From the NCBI GenBank assembly GCA_964518545.1, contig CAZFGS010000001.1, positions 8,020 through 72,019 on the forward strand: a stretch of DNA of 64,000 nucleotides. Reading direction: 5' to 3'. The DNA comes from an uncultured Sulfurimonas sp. (GTDB taxonomy: Bacteria > Campylobacterota > Campylobacteria > Campylobacterales > Sulfurimonadaceae). A model generated the notes under the pieces. It saw only the letters and a list, made by a program, of their open reading frames with translations. It was not told the DNA's origin and searched no databases. Below, one piece after another: positions 10,382 to 20,720 of this stretch (position 1 is the first letter of the stretch; every line of letters starts with the position of its first letter). The position numbers and the translations under genes were made by a program.

Positions 10382-10863
10382 GAGGCTTTTAAAAGAGCAA
10401 GTTCTAAGCTACCGCTCACATAGTTGGCAAAAAATGTCAGCATCTCTAAATCTTTCTCATTAAAATCGCTTATCTGCTTATTTAAAAGCTGAATAATTCC
10501 CATCACTTCGCGTTTTGAATTAAAAATAGGCACGGTGATAATATTTTTTGTAATATAACCACTTTTCTTATCGATGCTTGGTAAAAATCTTGCATCACTG
10601 TATGGATCATTTACAATCTGTGGCTCAGCTTTTGCATAGGTATCACCAACTATACCAGAAGTGAGAGAGATCACAATGCGCCCTATTCCATCACTAATCT
10701 TTGTCCAAAGAATTTTATCCTCTTTATCTACTATAAATATAGAACAACGCTCAGCATGTACTAAATTTTTTGCCTCATCCGATATAAGCTCCAAAGATTG
10801 CTCCATATCTGTCACACTCATCAATTTTTGTCCAAATGCTGCTATTTGGTCAATTTTTCTCAT
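10378..10863 (-). CDS. Stand-alone GAF domain protein
   Basis: RCSIF, GIVG, D..F...ID.K.GY.T.NI..PI and LLNK motifs. Confidence 0.85.
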   Translation of the reverse strand: MRKIDQIAAFGQKLMSVTDMEQSLELISDEAKNLVHAERCSIFIVDKEDKILWTKISDGIGRIVISLTSGIVGDTYAKAEPQIVNDPYSDARFLPSIDKKSGYITKNIITVPIFNSKREVMGIIQLLNKQISDFNEKDLEMLTFFANYVSGSLELALLKAS

Positions 10864-10864
10864 C

Positions 10865-11362
10865 TTATTTACTCTCTTTTAAATGGTTTACTAATTCTAA
10901 AAATCCACTAATATAATGTGCAAAAAAGATCATGAATTTTCTGTCATCATTATCAAATCCATCTTCTTTATTGAGTAATTCCAGCACACCTATAATCTTT
11001 CTGTTAGAATCAAAAATGGGTGCTGTGATAATATTGTTCGTTTTATACCCTGTTTTCTTATCGATCTCATCTAAAAAATCTGGATCTACATAAGGATCAT
11101 TCACAACTATCGGTTTTTTCTCTTTTAATGTTTTTCCAACGATCCCTTTATCTGCATCTATCTCTATCTTTTGAACTCCATCAGCAAGTGTTGTCCAAAG
11201 TTTTTGAGTTTTTTGATCATATATAAAGATGGAACATCTTGCAGCAATAATCACATCTTTTGCATACTTGGCTATAAGAGGCATCCCATCTTCAAGAGAT
11301 TTCTTATTGAGAAGTTCACGTCCAAAGTCGGCTAATTTTAAATAGGTATCTGCATATTTCAT
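10865..11362 (-). CDS. Stand-alone GAF domain protein (paralog of neighbour)
   Basis: Same GAF motifs as 10378-10863. Confidence 0.85.
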   Translation of the reverse strand: MKYADTYLKLADFGRELLNKKSLEDGMPLIAKYAKDVIIAARCSIFIYDQKTQKLWTTLADGVQKIEIDADKGIVGKTLKEKKPIVVNDPYVDPDFLDEIDKKTGYKTNNIITAPIFDSNRKIIGVLELLNKEDGFDNDDRKFMIFFAHYISGFLELVNHLKESK

Positions 11363-11431
11363 AAAAAAGGACCTTTACTATCTTATTTGCGATTATTATA
11401 GTGTAAAATGTCAAGAAAAAAAAGGAAAGCA

Positions 11432-11788
11432 ATGAGTGATATACAAATTTGGCACAATCCAAGATGTTCAAAATCTCGTGAGGCAATCAATATTTTAGAA
11501 GAAAACAACTGTGAGAGTGAAGTGGTAAAATATCTTGAAGAAGATCTAGATCCACAAACCATAAAAACGACACTCAAACTTCTTGGTTTTAGTAGTGCAA
11601 GAGAGTGGATGCGTACAAAAGAAGCAATCTATAAAGAGTTAAATCTCAAAGAGGAAACAGATGAAGAAAAACTCATAGAAGCGATGGTTGCGAACCCTAA
11701 ACTCATTGAACGCCCAGTGATTATAAAAGGTGACAAAGCAATCATCGGCCGTCCAACTTCTATTATTAAAGATTTTTTAAAAAATTAA
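11432..11788 (+). CDS. arsC: ArsC/Spx family protein (glutaredoxin-type arsenate reductase-like)
   Basis: HNPRCSKSR and LIERP..GRP motifs. Start moved to ATG 11432 after the AAGGA RBS. Confidence 0.75.
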   Translation: MSDIQIWHNPRCSKSREAINILEENNCESEVVKYLEEDLDPQTIKTTLKLLGFSSAREWMRTKEAIYKELNLKEETDEEKLIEAMVANPKLIERPVIIKGDKAIIGRPTSIIKDFLKN

Positions 11789-11789
11789 C

Positions 11790-11821
11790 TTAACACTAAT
11801 GTAACACTTTTTTTCTATACT
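11790..11821 (+). promoter_or_regulatory. Promoter with tandem TTAACA-N5-GTAACA repeat 9 nt upstream of -10 TATACT (variant of the CACA box)
   Basis: Same 11-bp periodicity and same 9-nt distance to -10 as five other promoters in the window. Confidence 0.5.
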
Positions 11822-11854
11822 TCGGCATAAATTAATTTATCTGAGGTATAAACT

Positions 11855-13906
11855 ATGAATAAAAACATGATTATCTTATCTCTTGCAACATCTGCGCTTT
11901 TAGCACAAAATGTTGTAGAGATAGCACCTGTAAGTGTTGTGGCAACTGGTGTTGAAGAAAAAGTACTTGAGCAACCACTCAGTATATCTACAAAGGAGCA
12001 AGAGGAGATTGAACTTGATCAAGTGATCTTCCAAAAAGATCTTCTTAACTCTCTCTCTGGTGTTCGCATTGAACAAACAAGTTCAGTTATAGGACATATG
12101 ACTGCTATCCGTATGCCAATCAACACTGGACCATATTATCTCTTTATGCAAGATGGTATCCCTGTACAATCAAGTGGATTTTTTAATCATAATGGTCTTG
12201 CTTATACAACTTTTCAAAGTGCTACATCAGTAGAGGTGATTAAAGGTGCAGGTTCTGCTCTATATGGTTCCGATGCAGTTGCAGCTGTTATCGATGTCAA
12301 ATCACTTGCAAAACCTTCAAAAGAGAATGAAGTTATTTTTAAAGGTATGGGTGGAAGTAACGGCTTTATGCAAGGTGGTGTAGAGGTTAGTGATACTATT
12401 GATGAGAAAAATGCCTACAGAGCCAATGCTACTTATATGCACAGTGATGGCTGGAGAGACCATACTGATACAGATAGATTAGAAGCAAACCTCCGTTACG
12501 ATAAAATCATCGATAGTGAAAATGATGTAAAAATCATCTTCAATGCTTCAAAAACTGATGCACAACAAGCAGATAGTTTTAATGACTATGCAAATATCGA
12601 AAATGGTTCTACTGCTGCAAGTGATGATGATAACTACTTCACAGCATTAGAAAAAACTGATGTTAGAAGAAAGTTTGATTATGCAAGACTGAGTGCTGAA
12701 TTTAACAACTATTCTTTTAACGATTTAGAGATTACACTTACTCCTTATGTAAGATACAACCGTAACAGATATGTAGCTACATGGGAATCAAACCTTCCAA
12801 GTAATGACAATGAGATGTATACTCTTGGTCTACAACAACGCAATACTTATGAGCAAGCATGGGGTAAGGTAGTTTTTGGTTTTGATACAGAATATACACA
12901 ATCTTCTTTAAAATATAACCAAGACTTTGATCTTACAACAACGGGATGGCACCCAGCAACATTTACAACAGGTGCTTTGTATAACTACGATGTAGATTAT
13001 TTTGCACTTGCACCATATCTTCATGCTGATTATAAGCTGTTAAAAGAGTTAACACTGAGTGCTGGTCTAAGATATGATTACAACAGATATGACTACAACA
13101 ATAAACTACAAGACAACTCTACTGATAGTTCAGGAACATACTACCGTCCAGCAGATAAGGTAAATAGCTATAATCACTTAAGCCCTAAACTAGCACTAAG
13201 CTATATGCCAATGGCAGATTTAAACCTTTATGCTCGTTATGCAAATGGCTTTAGAGTACCACAAGCAACAAGACTCTACTCTGTAAAAGTTGGATATGAA
13301 AATATTGACCTTACTCCTGAAATCTCTAACACTTACGAGATTGGTCTTAAAAAAGCATTTAATGAAAAAACATATTTTGAAGCTTCTATTTACTATATGA
13401 CTATCAAAGACACCATCATTAGAGACAGTGTAACTGGTGGTTATAGAAATGGTGGTAGAAGTATCCACAAAGGGATTGAGAGTACTTTAAAAACAGCATT
13501 TACTAAAGAGTTTGAAGCGAGTGTTGCTTACTCATATTCAAAACACAATTATGATAATGATCCAACACTAGGTGACAACGAGATGGCAGGAGCACCAAAC
13601 TCTACAGCCAATACAAGACTTTACTATATCCCTTCTTTTGTTCATGGCTTAAAAATGATGGCTGAATGGCAATATGTAGGTGCATACTGGATGGATGATG
13701 CCCATACTATCGATAGATACAATGGTTACAGCATAGGAAACTTTAAAGCAGACTATACATACTCAAAAGAGTTGAAATTTTTTGCTAAAGTAACAAATAT
13801 TACAGATAAAAAATATGCTTCACGAGCAAAATATGCTTATGGTAAAGAGGATTATACTCCTGGTGATCCAAGACAGTTTTATGCAGGTATTGAGTATAAA
13901 TGGTAA
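11855..13906 (+). CDS. TonB-dependent outer membrane receptor
   Basis: Signal peptide; plug motif VEVIKGAGSALYGSDA; C-terminal N..DK.Y...PG..R.FY.G.EYKW. Confidence 0.92.
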   Translation: MNKNMIILSLATSALLAQNVVEIAPVSVVATGVEEKVLEQPLSISTKEQEEIELDQVIFQKDLLNSLSGVRIEQTSSVIGHMTAIRMPINTGPYYLFMQDGIPVQSSGFFNHNGLAYTTFQSATSVEVIKGAGSALYGSDAVAAVIDVKSLAKPSKENEVIFKGMGGSNGFMQGGVEVSDTIDEKNAYRANATYMHSDGWRDHTDTDRLEANLRYDKIIDSENDVKIIFNASKTDAQQADSFNDYANIENGSTAASDDDNYFTALEKTDVRRKFDYARLSAEFNNYSFNDLEITLTPYVRYNRNRYVATWESNLPSNDNEMYTLGLQQRNTYEQAWGKVVFGFDTEYTQSSLKYNQDFDLTTTGWHPATFTTGALYNYDVDYFALAPYLHADYKLLKELTLSAGLRYDYNRYDYNNKLQDNSTDSSGTYYRPADKVNSYNHLSPKLALSYMPMADLNLYARYANGFRVPQATRLYSVKVGYENIDLTPEISNTYEIGLKKAFNEKTYFEASIYYMTIKDTIIRDSVTGGYRNGGRSIHKGIESTLKTAFTKEFEASVAYSYSKHNYDNDPTLGDNEMAGAPNSTANTRLYYIPSFVHGLKMMAEWQYVGAYWMDDAHTIDRYNGYSIGNFKADYTYSKELKFFAKVTNITDKKYASRAKYAYGKEDYTPGDPRQFYAGIEYKW

Positions 13907-15234
13907 GCATTACGAAGCTTCACAAACTAGCGGGTCTTAGTGCCGGTCTAGTTTTACTCCTCCTTGGAGTGACTGGTTTTTTTCTTGACCATGACAAATG
14001 GAGCTTCCTCTATACAACAACATTCAAACACCTCCCTCAAGCATCACAGAAGATTGACAACAAACTCTATGATTCCTACTGGATAGATCCAAAAGATTCT
14101 AAACATATCATTGTGGGTGGGAAACGTGGTCTTTTTGAGAGTTACAACACAGGAAAGAGTTTTATCCTTATCTCTTCTTTGCAAATTCTTGGACTTCGCC
14201 AAGATTCAAGTGGCATCTATCTCGCTACATCAGATGGTATCTATACTCTACAAAACTCCAAGCTTTTGCTTTTTGGATTAAAAAATGAGTATATAACATC
14301 CATCTCTCTTTCTCCTCAATCAATTGTGGCCGTTGTAGATAAACATACCCTTGTAAAACTCTCAAAAGTATCACATAGCATACTTAGTAGATCCATCGTA
14401 GAGATACCAAAACCTAAACTCATAGAAGATATAAAACTCTCAAGGTTTGTAAGAGATCTTCACTATGGTCGAGGTCTATTTGAGGGAGACATTTCGCTAC
14501 TTATCAATGACTATGGAGCGATAATAGTCTCTTTCTTAGCTCTGAGTGGTTACATCATCTGGTGGATCATCCATTCAAAATCAGCACCAAAACTTGCTCG
14601 AAAACTGATCCGTCTTCACTCAAATATTTTTGTCATACTCTCGCTTATCCCTCTTGTTATCCTAGCAATTACAGGAATTTTTCTCGACCATGCTGATGGA
14701 CTTGGAAAATTTATGAGCTCCATCACCATAAAAAACAGTTTTTTACCCCCTGTTTACAGCTCTTTAAAGTATGATATATGGTCTGTAGATTATGATGGCA
14801 AAGTGTATAGGATCGGAAATCGTTATGGTATCTATAAAAGTGATGACTTAAAACATTGGGACTTAGAAAATCGTGGACTTGCTTATAAAATGATACGTAA
14901 AAACGATGCACTGTATGTAAGTGGAATGGGTGCACCAAACAGAATCTACAAAGATTCATGGCAAATCCTTCCACACACTCCCCATATGTTTAGAGATGTG
15001 TTCCAAGAAAAGAACAAAATACTCTTCTTCTCTCCTCATCAAAGCTCAATGCCATTGCCAAAACTCAAAGAGACAACACTTTATGCACTTTTACTAAGTA
15101 TCCATGATGGAAGCTTTTTTAGTTCTTGGTGGATTTGGATTAATGATTATGCAAGTTTTGCTCTGCTTCTCTTAGGATTTACAGGAACACTTCGATGGAA
15201 CAAAAGAAGAAAAAGTCTACAAAAAGCTAAATAG
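13900..15234 (+). CDS. PepSY-associated TM helix domain membrane protein
   Basis: Repeated LH..G / TG..LDH helices (KLHKLAG, RDLHYG, RLHS, SIHDG); overlaps the TBDR stop. Confidence 0.75.
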   Translation: MVSITKLHKLAGLSAGLVLLLLGVTGFFLDHDKWSFLYTTTFKHLPQASQKIDNKLYDSYWIDPKDSKHIIVGGKRGLFESYNTGKSFILISSLQILGLRQDSSGIYLATSDGIYTLQNSKLLLFGLKNEYITSISLSPQSIVAVVDKHTLVKLSKVSHSILSRSIVEIPKPKLIEDIKLSRFVRDLHYGRGLFEGDISLLINDYGAIIVSFLALSGYIIWWIIHSKSAPKLARKLIRLHSNIFVILSLIPLVILAITGIFLDHADGLGKFMSSITIKNSFLPPVYSSLKYDIWSVDYDGKVYRIGNRYGIYKSDDLKHWDLENRGLAYKMIRKNDALYVSGMGAPNRIYKDSWQILPHTPHMFRDVFQEKNKILFFSPHQSSMPLPKLKETTLYALLLSIHDGSFFSSWWIWINDYASFALLLLGFTGTLRWNKRRKSLQKAK

Positions 15235-15664
15235 GCAGATGCTCAATGCTTACACCGTTATCTTCAAGAAATTTAGAGATAACTTTTGAGTGTGTGTGCT
15301 CATACTCTTTGGCATAAACTATCCGTTTAATACCACTTGCTATAAGATTCTTACTGCACTCACTACAAGGCTCTAGTGTTACATAGATACTTGCACCATC
15401 GATACTAATCCCCTCACGTGCTGCCCAAATTATAGCATTCATCTCGGCATGGATCTCGTAAGTTTTACTCCACTCATGATGTTCTGGGGTATACTCGTTA
15501 CTCCAGTAATCACAACAGTTCGTAAAACCAGCTGGTGTACCATTGTAACCAGTACTAAGGATGCGACCATCTTTTACAATCACTGCACCTACTTGCTTGG
15601 AGACACATTTAGAAGCAGAAGCTATCTCTGCTGCAATATGAAGAAAGTTAGTGTCGCTGAGCAT
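15227..15664 (-). CDS. dCMP deaminase family protein
   Basis: TGYNG, HAEMNA and PCSEC zinc motifs. Confidence 0.9.
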   Translation of the reverse strand: MLSDTNFLHIAAEIASASKCVSKQVGAVIVKDGRILSTGYNGTPAGFTNCCDYWSNEYTPEHHEWSKTYEIHAEMNAIIWAAREGISIDGASIYVTLEPCSECSKNLIASGIKRIVYAKEYEHTHSKVISKFLEDNGVSIEHLPI

Positions 15665-15665
15665 A

Positions 15666-16499
15666 CTACGGCATTCTTATTATATTGATATCTGCATTGT
15701 GACGAAGACGTGCAAAATAATCACCAAGCACTTGCTCTCTTTGATCACCCATTATTGAGTTTATAATTTGTTCTCTTACACCATCAAGTCCACTCTCTTT
15801 AGCAGATTCAATCTCTTTGATATAAAAACTCATATAATCCCCTTTACCATCTGGAACTACTGCTGTAAAATGATTTAGAGGCGTTTTTTCAAGTAAACCC
15901 GCAAGTTCCGGAGAGATACGATTATATGGAAGTACCTGCTCATTGGTAGCAATCTCTGGAGAGTAAAACATAGGGTTATCTATCTTCTCTTGAATTTTTG
16001 CCTTATCTTTAGCTTGATAGATGATAACAGTAAATGATGCTGGATGCTCATAGTTATCTTTGTGAAGCTCATAGTACTCTTTGATCTCATCTTCACTTGG
16101 CTCTTTCATTGAAGAGTAAGCGATTGCAGCATAAAGTTTTTGACTTAAAAGTTTTTGTTTGATTTTCTTTTTAAACTCTTGTGAGCTTAAACCACTTGAT
16201 TCACGAACAGCTTCATAAAACTCACTGATGTTCATATTGTTTCTCTCAGCAGTTTTTTTGATGTCATCATACACCTCAGAGTTAGAAACAGTAATTTTTC
16301 GCTCTTTTGTTTCTATCTCTTCAAGTTTTTGACGGATCAGTAGATCAGTCGCTTTTTTAGCATCTATCTTCGATGCTTCCATCTCTTTTGTGATATCTAA
16401 GAGTGTAATCGCCTTGTTTTTTACAACAACAGCCACCCCATCATAAACTTGTGCACTCAAAGCCATAGTAATAAGTGATAGTAACAATATTTTTAACAT
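15666..16499 (-). CDS. SurA-like periplasmic chaperone/peptidyl-prolyl isomerase
   Basis: Signal peptide; DGVAVVV..KAIT N-terminus; C-terminal LR..ADI. Confidence 0.75.
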   Translation of the reverse strand: MLKILLLSLITMALSAQVYDGVAVVVKNKAITLLDITKEMEASKIDAKKATDLLIRQKLEEIETKERKITVSNSEVYDDIKKTAERNNMNISEFYEAVRESSGLSSQEFKKKIKQKLLSQKLYAAIAYSSMKEPSEDEIKEYYELHKDNYEHPASFTVIIYQAKDKAKIQEKIDNPMFYSPEIATNEQVLPYNRISPELAGLLEKTPLNHFTAVVPDGKGDYMSFYIKEIESAKESGLDGVREQIINSIMGDQREQVLGDYFARLRHNADINIIRMP

Positions 16500-16590
16500 A
16501 ATTATCCATTTAGTAAATTCTTAATGTATTTTACCAGCCTTTAACCAACAATTGCCTAAAATTCCCCAACATAATTTTAAAGGTTCTCTT

Positions 16591-17976
16591 ATGGTTGTTA
16601 CACGTTTTGCTCCAAGCCCTACTGGCTACTTACATATCGGTGGTTTACGAACTGCACTTTTTTCTTATCTTTGGGCTCGAAAAAATGGTGGAAAGTTTGT
16701 ACTTCGTATAGAAGATACAGATAAAGCACGTAACTCTGAAGAAGCAACTGAGGCGATTTTAAAAGCTTTTGAATGGCTTGGTCTTGAAGCAGATGGTGAG
16801 ATTACTTACCAAAGTAAACGCGACGATATCTATGCAAAATACATTAAGCAACTCCTCGATGAAGGAAAAGCATATAAATGTTACATGTCAAAAGAGGAGC
16901 TCACTGAGCTTCGTGAAACACAGATGGCAAATAAAGAACGCACAAAATACGATGGTCGATACCGTGATTTTGATGGTACCCCACCTGAGGGTGTGGAGCC
17001 TGTTATCCGCATCAAAGCACCGCTAAGTGGTGAGATCATTGTGAAAGATGGTGTCAAAGGTGAGATTAGTTTTCAAGCTGAAGATATCTTAGATGATTTT
17101 GTCATTGCCCGTGCTGATGGAAGTCCAACTTACAACTTTGTTGTGGCTATCGATGATGCACTTATGGGCATTAACGAGGTTATTCGTGGGGATGACCACC
17201 TCTCAAACACTCCAAAACAGATCGTAGTGTATGAAGCATTAGGCTTTAATATCCCTGCATTTTATCATGTACCAATGATTCACAACTCCAAGGGTAAAAA
17301 ACTCTCTAAACGCGATGGTGCAACTGATGTTATGGCATATAAAGAGATGGGCTACAAACCTGAGGCACTTTTAAACTTTCTTGTGCGTTTAGGGTGGAGT
17401 CACGGAGATCAAGAGATATTTAGTATGGAAGAGATGTGTCAGCTTTTTAACCCTAAAGATATTAACAAATCAGCTTCTATCTACAGTACAGACAAACTTG
17501 ACTGGCTCAATGCTCACTACATCAAAAACACTCCAAATAATGAGCTTGTAGAGCTTCTTAGTGACTACGGTGTAGTACTTACATCTCATGACAAAAAAGA
17601 GATTCTTTTAGATGCTCTCAAAGAGCGTGCAAAAACACTCAAAGAGCTTGCAGAGATGGTAAACGAGATTGTAATTGCTCCTGAATCATACGATGAAAAA
17701 GCTGTTAAAAAAGCATTTAAAGGTGATCCTATCCCTATACTAAATGCTTTTGGTGCAAAACTCACCAATGCAGAGCCACACCTTCCTAGTGACTACCATG
17801 CTCTTATGGAAGAGGTGGTCAACGAGATGGAGATCGGTTTTGGAAAGATAGGTATGCCTCTTCGTGTAGCACTTCTTGGAAAGATGGGTGGACCAAATAT
17901 CGATGTTATTATGGCAGTTATTGGAAAAGAAGAAACACTATTACGCATCGCTAATGCTATTACGGCTAACGCTTAA
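16591..17976 (+). CDS. gltX: Glutamate--tRNA ligase
   Basis: RFAPSPTGYLHIGG and KKLSKR motifs. Start at ATG 16591 after AAGG. Confidence 0.95.
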   Translation: MVVTRFAPSPTGYLHIGGLRTALFSYLWARKNGGKFVLRIEDTDKARNSEEATEAILKAFEWLGLEADGEITYQSKRDDIYAKYIKQLLDEGKAYKCYMSKEELTELRETQMANKERTKYDGRYRDFDGTPPEGVEPVIRIKAPLSGEIIVKDGVKGEISFQAEDILDDFVIARADGSPTYNFVVAIDDALMGINEVIRGDDHLSNTPKQIVVYEALGFNIPAFYHVPMIHNSKGKKLSKRDGATDVMAYKEMGYKPEALLNFLVRLGWSHGDQEIFSMEEMCQLFNPKDINKSASIYSTDKLDWLNAHYIKNTPNNELVELLSDYGVVLTSHDKKEILLDALKERAKTLKELAEMVNEIVIAPESYDEKAVKKAFKGDPIPILNAFGAKLTNAEPHLPSDYHALMEEVVNEMEIGFGKIGMPLRVALLGKMGGPNIDVIMAVIGKEETLLRIANAITANA

Positions 17977-18015
17977 AACACAAGCTATTTATCACAAAGG
18001 GGTATAATCCCCTTT

Positions 18016-19779
18016 ATGAATAACAAAATCTCCATACAATCTATCTATAAACTTATACTCAAGAAAAAACCTGCACTTCTTTATGGGCAGGTTATTACAC
18101 TTTTAGCCATTTTGGTAAGTGTGCCCATCCCTTTAATGCTCCCTATTATGGTGGATGAAGTGCTCTTAGACAAACCTGCTTTTTTTGTCCATACAATTGA
18201 TGCTATTTTTGGCTCGCTTTCACCTTTTTACTACATCGCAATTGTGACATTTGCTGTTGTCTTACTGCGTTTTATCTACTACTTTTTCACTGTAATACTC
18301 ACAAAAACTTTCACGAAGATAAGCAAATATGTCACCTACGAGATACGAAAGAGGCTTCTTGAACATCTTGAGCATACATCTATGAATGAGTATGAAACGC
18401 TAGGAAGCGGTGCTATTACCGCCACTCTTACCAATGATGTCAACACACTTGATGCCTTTATCATTACTGGTGTGAGTAAGCTTGTATCTTCTGTCCTCAC
18501 ACTTATAGCCATCGCGTTAGTTATGTTAGCGATAGACCCCATCTTGGGTCTTCTTATCTTAGTGATTCAGCCTATCATTATGCTCTTAAGTAAAAAGATG
18601 ACTCAGGTTGTAGGCAAACTCAAAAAAGAGGAAAACACAAGCATTGCAGCATTCCAAGAAGATGTTGGAGAAACTCTCGAACTCTTTGGACAGATAAAAG
18701 CAAGCAACCAAGAGCAACACTTTTTTAGCCATGCCAAAGAGCTTGCCAACAAGATACAAAAAACCTCTAACGAATACAGCTATAAAAATGTAGCTTATGA
18801 GCGCCTCTCCTACACCATCTTTTTGGTGATGTTTGAGGTACTTCGTGCCAGTGGTCTTTTACTTGTTGCCTACAGTGATTTGAGCATCGGGATGATGTTT
18901 GCAATGTTTGGCTATATCTGGTTTATCATGACGCCTGTGCAAGATTTACTCTCTTTTCAGTACTCCTACTCCTCAGCGATGGCAGCCATAGAGAGGATTA
19001 ACCTTGTTTTAGCACTTCAGCGAGAATCAAGTGGCACAAAGAGACTCCAAGAAGAGAAGGTAAGTATAGAACTTCAAAATATCTCTTTCTCTTACGATGG
19101 GGTGAAAAATATCTTAGAAGATATATCTCTTCACATAGATGCAGGAAGCAAGATAGCCCTCATTGGTGCGAGTGGAAGTGGAAAGACAACCCTTGCTCAA
19201 GTGATCTCTGGCTTTTATGAAACCAGTTTTGGGACTATTTTTTATAACTCCATCCCTAGCTATGAACTAGATAAAAGCTCTTTAAGAGAAAAAGTATTTT
19301 TAGTGCTACAGATGCCCATACTTTTTAACTCCTCCTTGCGTTTTAACATCACCATGGGAAGAGATGCCAGCGATGAGGAGATACACCAAGCACTTCAGAC
19401 CGCCCAACTAGATACTATGCTTCAAAAGATGCCAGAGGGGCTTGACACTCTTGTAGGGCATCATGGTGTAAGGCTCTCAGGTGGACAAAGACAGCGCTTA
19501 AGTATCGCTCGAATGATAATCGCTAAGCCTAGCGTTGTGATCTTTGATGAGTCCACCTCAGCACTTGATGTACACACCGAATCAAAACTACAGATTGCTC
19601 TTGAGGATACACTCAAAGAAAAAACTGTTATCACCATTGCCCACCGATTAAGTACTGTAAAAAATGCCGATACCATTCATGTTTTAGAAGATGGAAAAAT
19701 TATCCAAAGTGGAACACACCAAGAGCTTGAAGAGGAAGAGGGACACTACAGAGAGTTTGTCCAAGGGCAACTTTTATGA
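18016..19779 (+). CDS. ABC exporter, fused permease/ATPase
   Basis: Six-TM N-half; GASGSGKT, LSGGQRQR, DESTSALD and IAHRL motifs. Confidence 0.92.
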   Translation: MNNKISIQSIYKLILKKKPALLYGQVITLLAILVSVPIPLMLPIMVDEVLLDKPAFFVHTIDAIFGSLSPFYYIAIVTFAVVLLRFIYYFFTVILTKTFTKISKYVTYEIRKRLLEHLEHTSMNEYETLGSGAITATLTNDVNTLDAFIITGVSKLVSSVLTLIAIALVMLAIDPILGLLILVIQPIIMLLSKKMTQVVGKLKKEENTSIAAFQEDVGETLELFGQIKASNQEQHFFSHAKELANKIQKTSNEYSYKNVAYERLSYTIFLVMFEVLRASGLLLVAYSDLSIGMMFAMFGYIWFIMTPVQDLLSFQYSYSSAMAAIERINLVLALQRESSGTKRLQEEKVSIELQNISFSYDGVKNILEDISLHIDAGSKIALIGASGSGKTTLAQVISGFYETSFGTIFYNSIPSYELDKSSLREKVFLVLQMPILFNSSLRFNITMGRDASDEEIHQALQTAQLDTMLQKMPEGLDTLVGHHGVRLSGGQRQRLSIARMIIAKPSVVIFDESTSALDVHTESKLQIALEDTLKEKTVITIAHRLSTVKNADTIHVLEDGKIIQSGTHQELEEEEGHYREFVQGQLL

Positions 19780-20720
19780 AACATTCACACAAAGACCTCC
19801 TCTCTTGGTATAAAGAGCATGGGCGCCACCAGCTCCCTTGGCGCAATACCAAGGAGCTTTACCATATCTACCTTAGTGAGATTATGCTTCAACAAACACA
19901 AGTCAACAGAGTAAGAGATGAATACTACCCTCAGTTTTTAGCGAAGTTTCCCTCTTTAGAGGCTCTTGGCGATGCACCTTTAGATGATGTTTTAGCAGCC
20001 TGGAGTGGGCTTGGGTACTATAGACGAGCTAAAAATCTCCATACCACAGCACAACTCACAAAAAATGGATTGCCTCAAAATCTAAAAGAGCTTAAAAAAC
20101 TCCCTGGTATTGGGGATTATACAGCAAGTGCTATCTGCTGTTTTGGACTAGAACAAAAGGTACCTGTGGTTGATACAAACATTACCAGAGTCCTAAAACG
20201 CTATTATGGGCTGCTTAATATACCTGAGAAAACTGTATGGGAAAAAGCAGAAAAGTTTGTCAATACAAAAGAGCCAAGAGCCCATAACCTAGCCCTAATG
20301 GACTTAGGCTCTATGGTGTGTACCCCTAAAAATCCAGACTGCCAAGAGTGTCCACTTCAAAAGAGTTGTCTAGGACAAAATGAGCCAGAACTCTACACGC
20401 AAACAAAGAAAAAAGAGTATATAGCAATGGAGCTATTTTTTGGAGTTTATATCAAAGATGGCAAGGTTGCCCTTGAACTCTCAAGTGACAATATGTACAA
20501 AGAGATGCTAGTACTCCCTAAAGTTGAACCCCTTGAGGAAGATTTTTTAGGTAGTTTTAAACACTCCTACACCAAGTACAAACTTGATGTAAAGCTCTAT
20601 AGAGTTGCAGAACTAGAGGGGGATTTTACCTTTTTAAGTCCTGAAGAGTTTAGTAATGCCCCCATCTCGTCTCTAACAAAAAAGGCACAAAAGTTTTTCT
20701 CTATGAAAATTGGAGTTTAA
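19776..20720 (+). CDS. mutY: A/G-specific adenine glycosylase
   Basis: SEIMLQQTQV, WSGLGYY, HhH motif LPGIGDYTA and an FeS cysteine cluster. Confidence 0.92.
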   Translation: MKHSHKDLLSWYKEHGRHQLPWRNTKELYHIYLSEIMLQQTQVNRVRDEYYPQFLAKFPSLEALGDAPLDDVLAAWSGLGYYRRAKNLHTTAQLTKNGLPQNLKELKKLPGIGDYTASAICCFGLEQKVPVVDTNITRVLKRYYGLLNIPEKTVWEKAEKFVNTKEPRAHNLALMDLGSMVCTPKNPDCQECPLQKSCLGQNEPELYTQTKKKEYIAMELFFGVYIKDGKVALELSSDNMYKEMLVLPKVEPLEEDFLGSFKHSYTKYKLDVKLYRVAELEGDFTFLSPEEFSNAPISSLTKKAQKFFSMKIGV

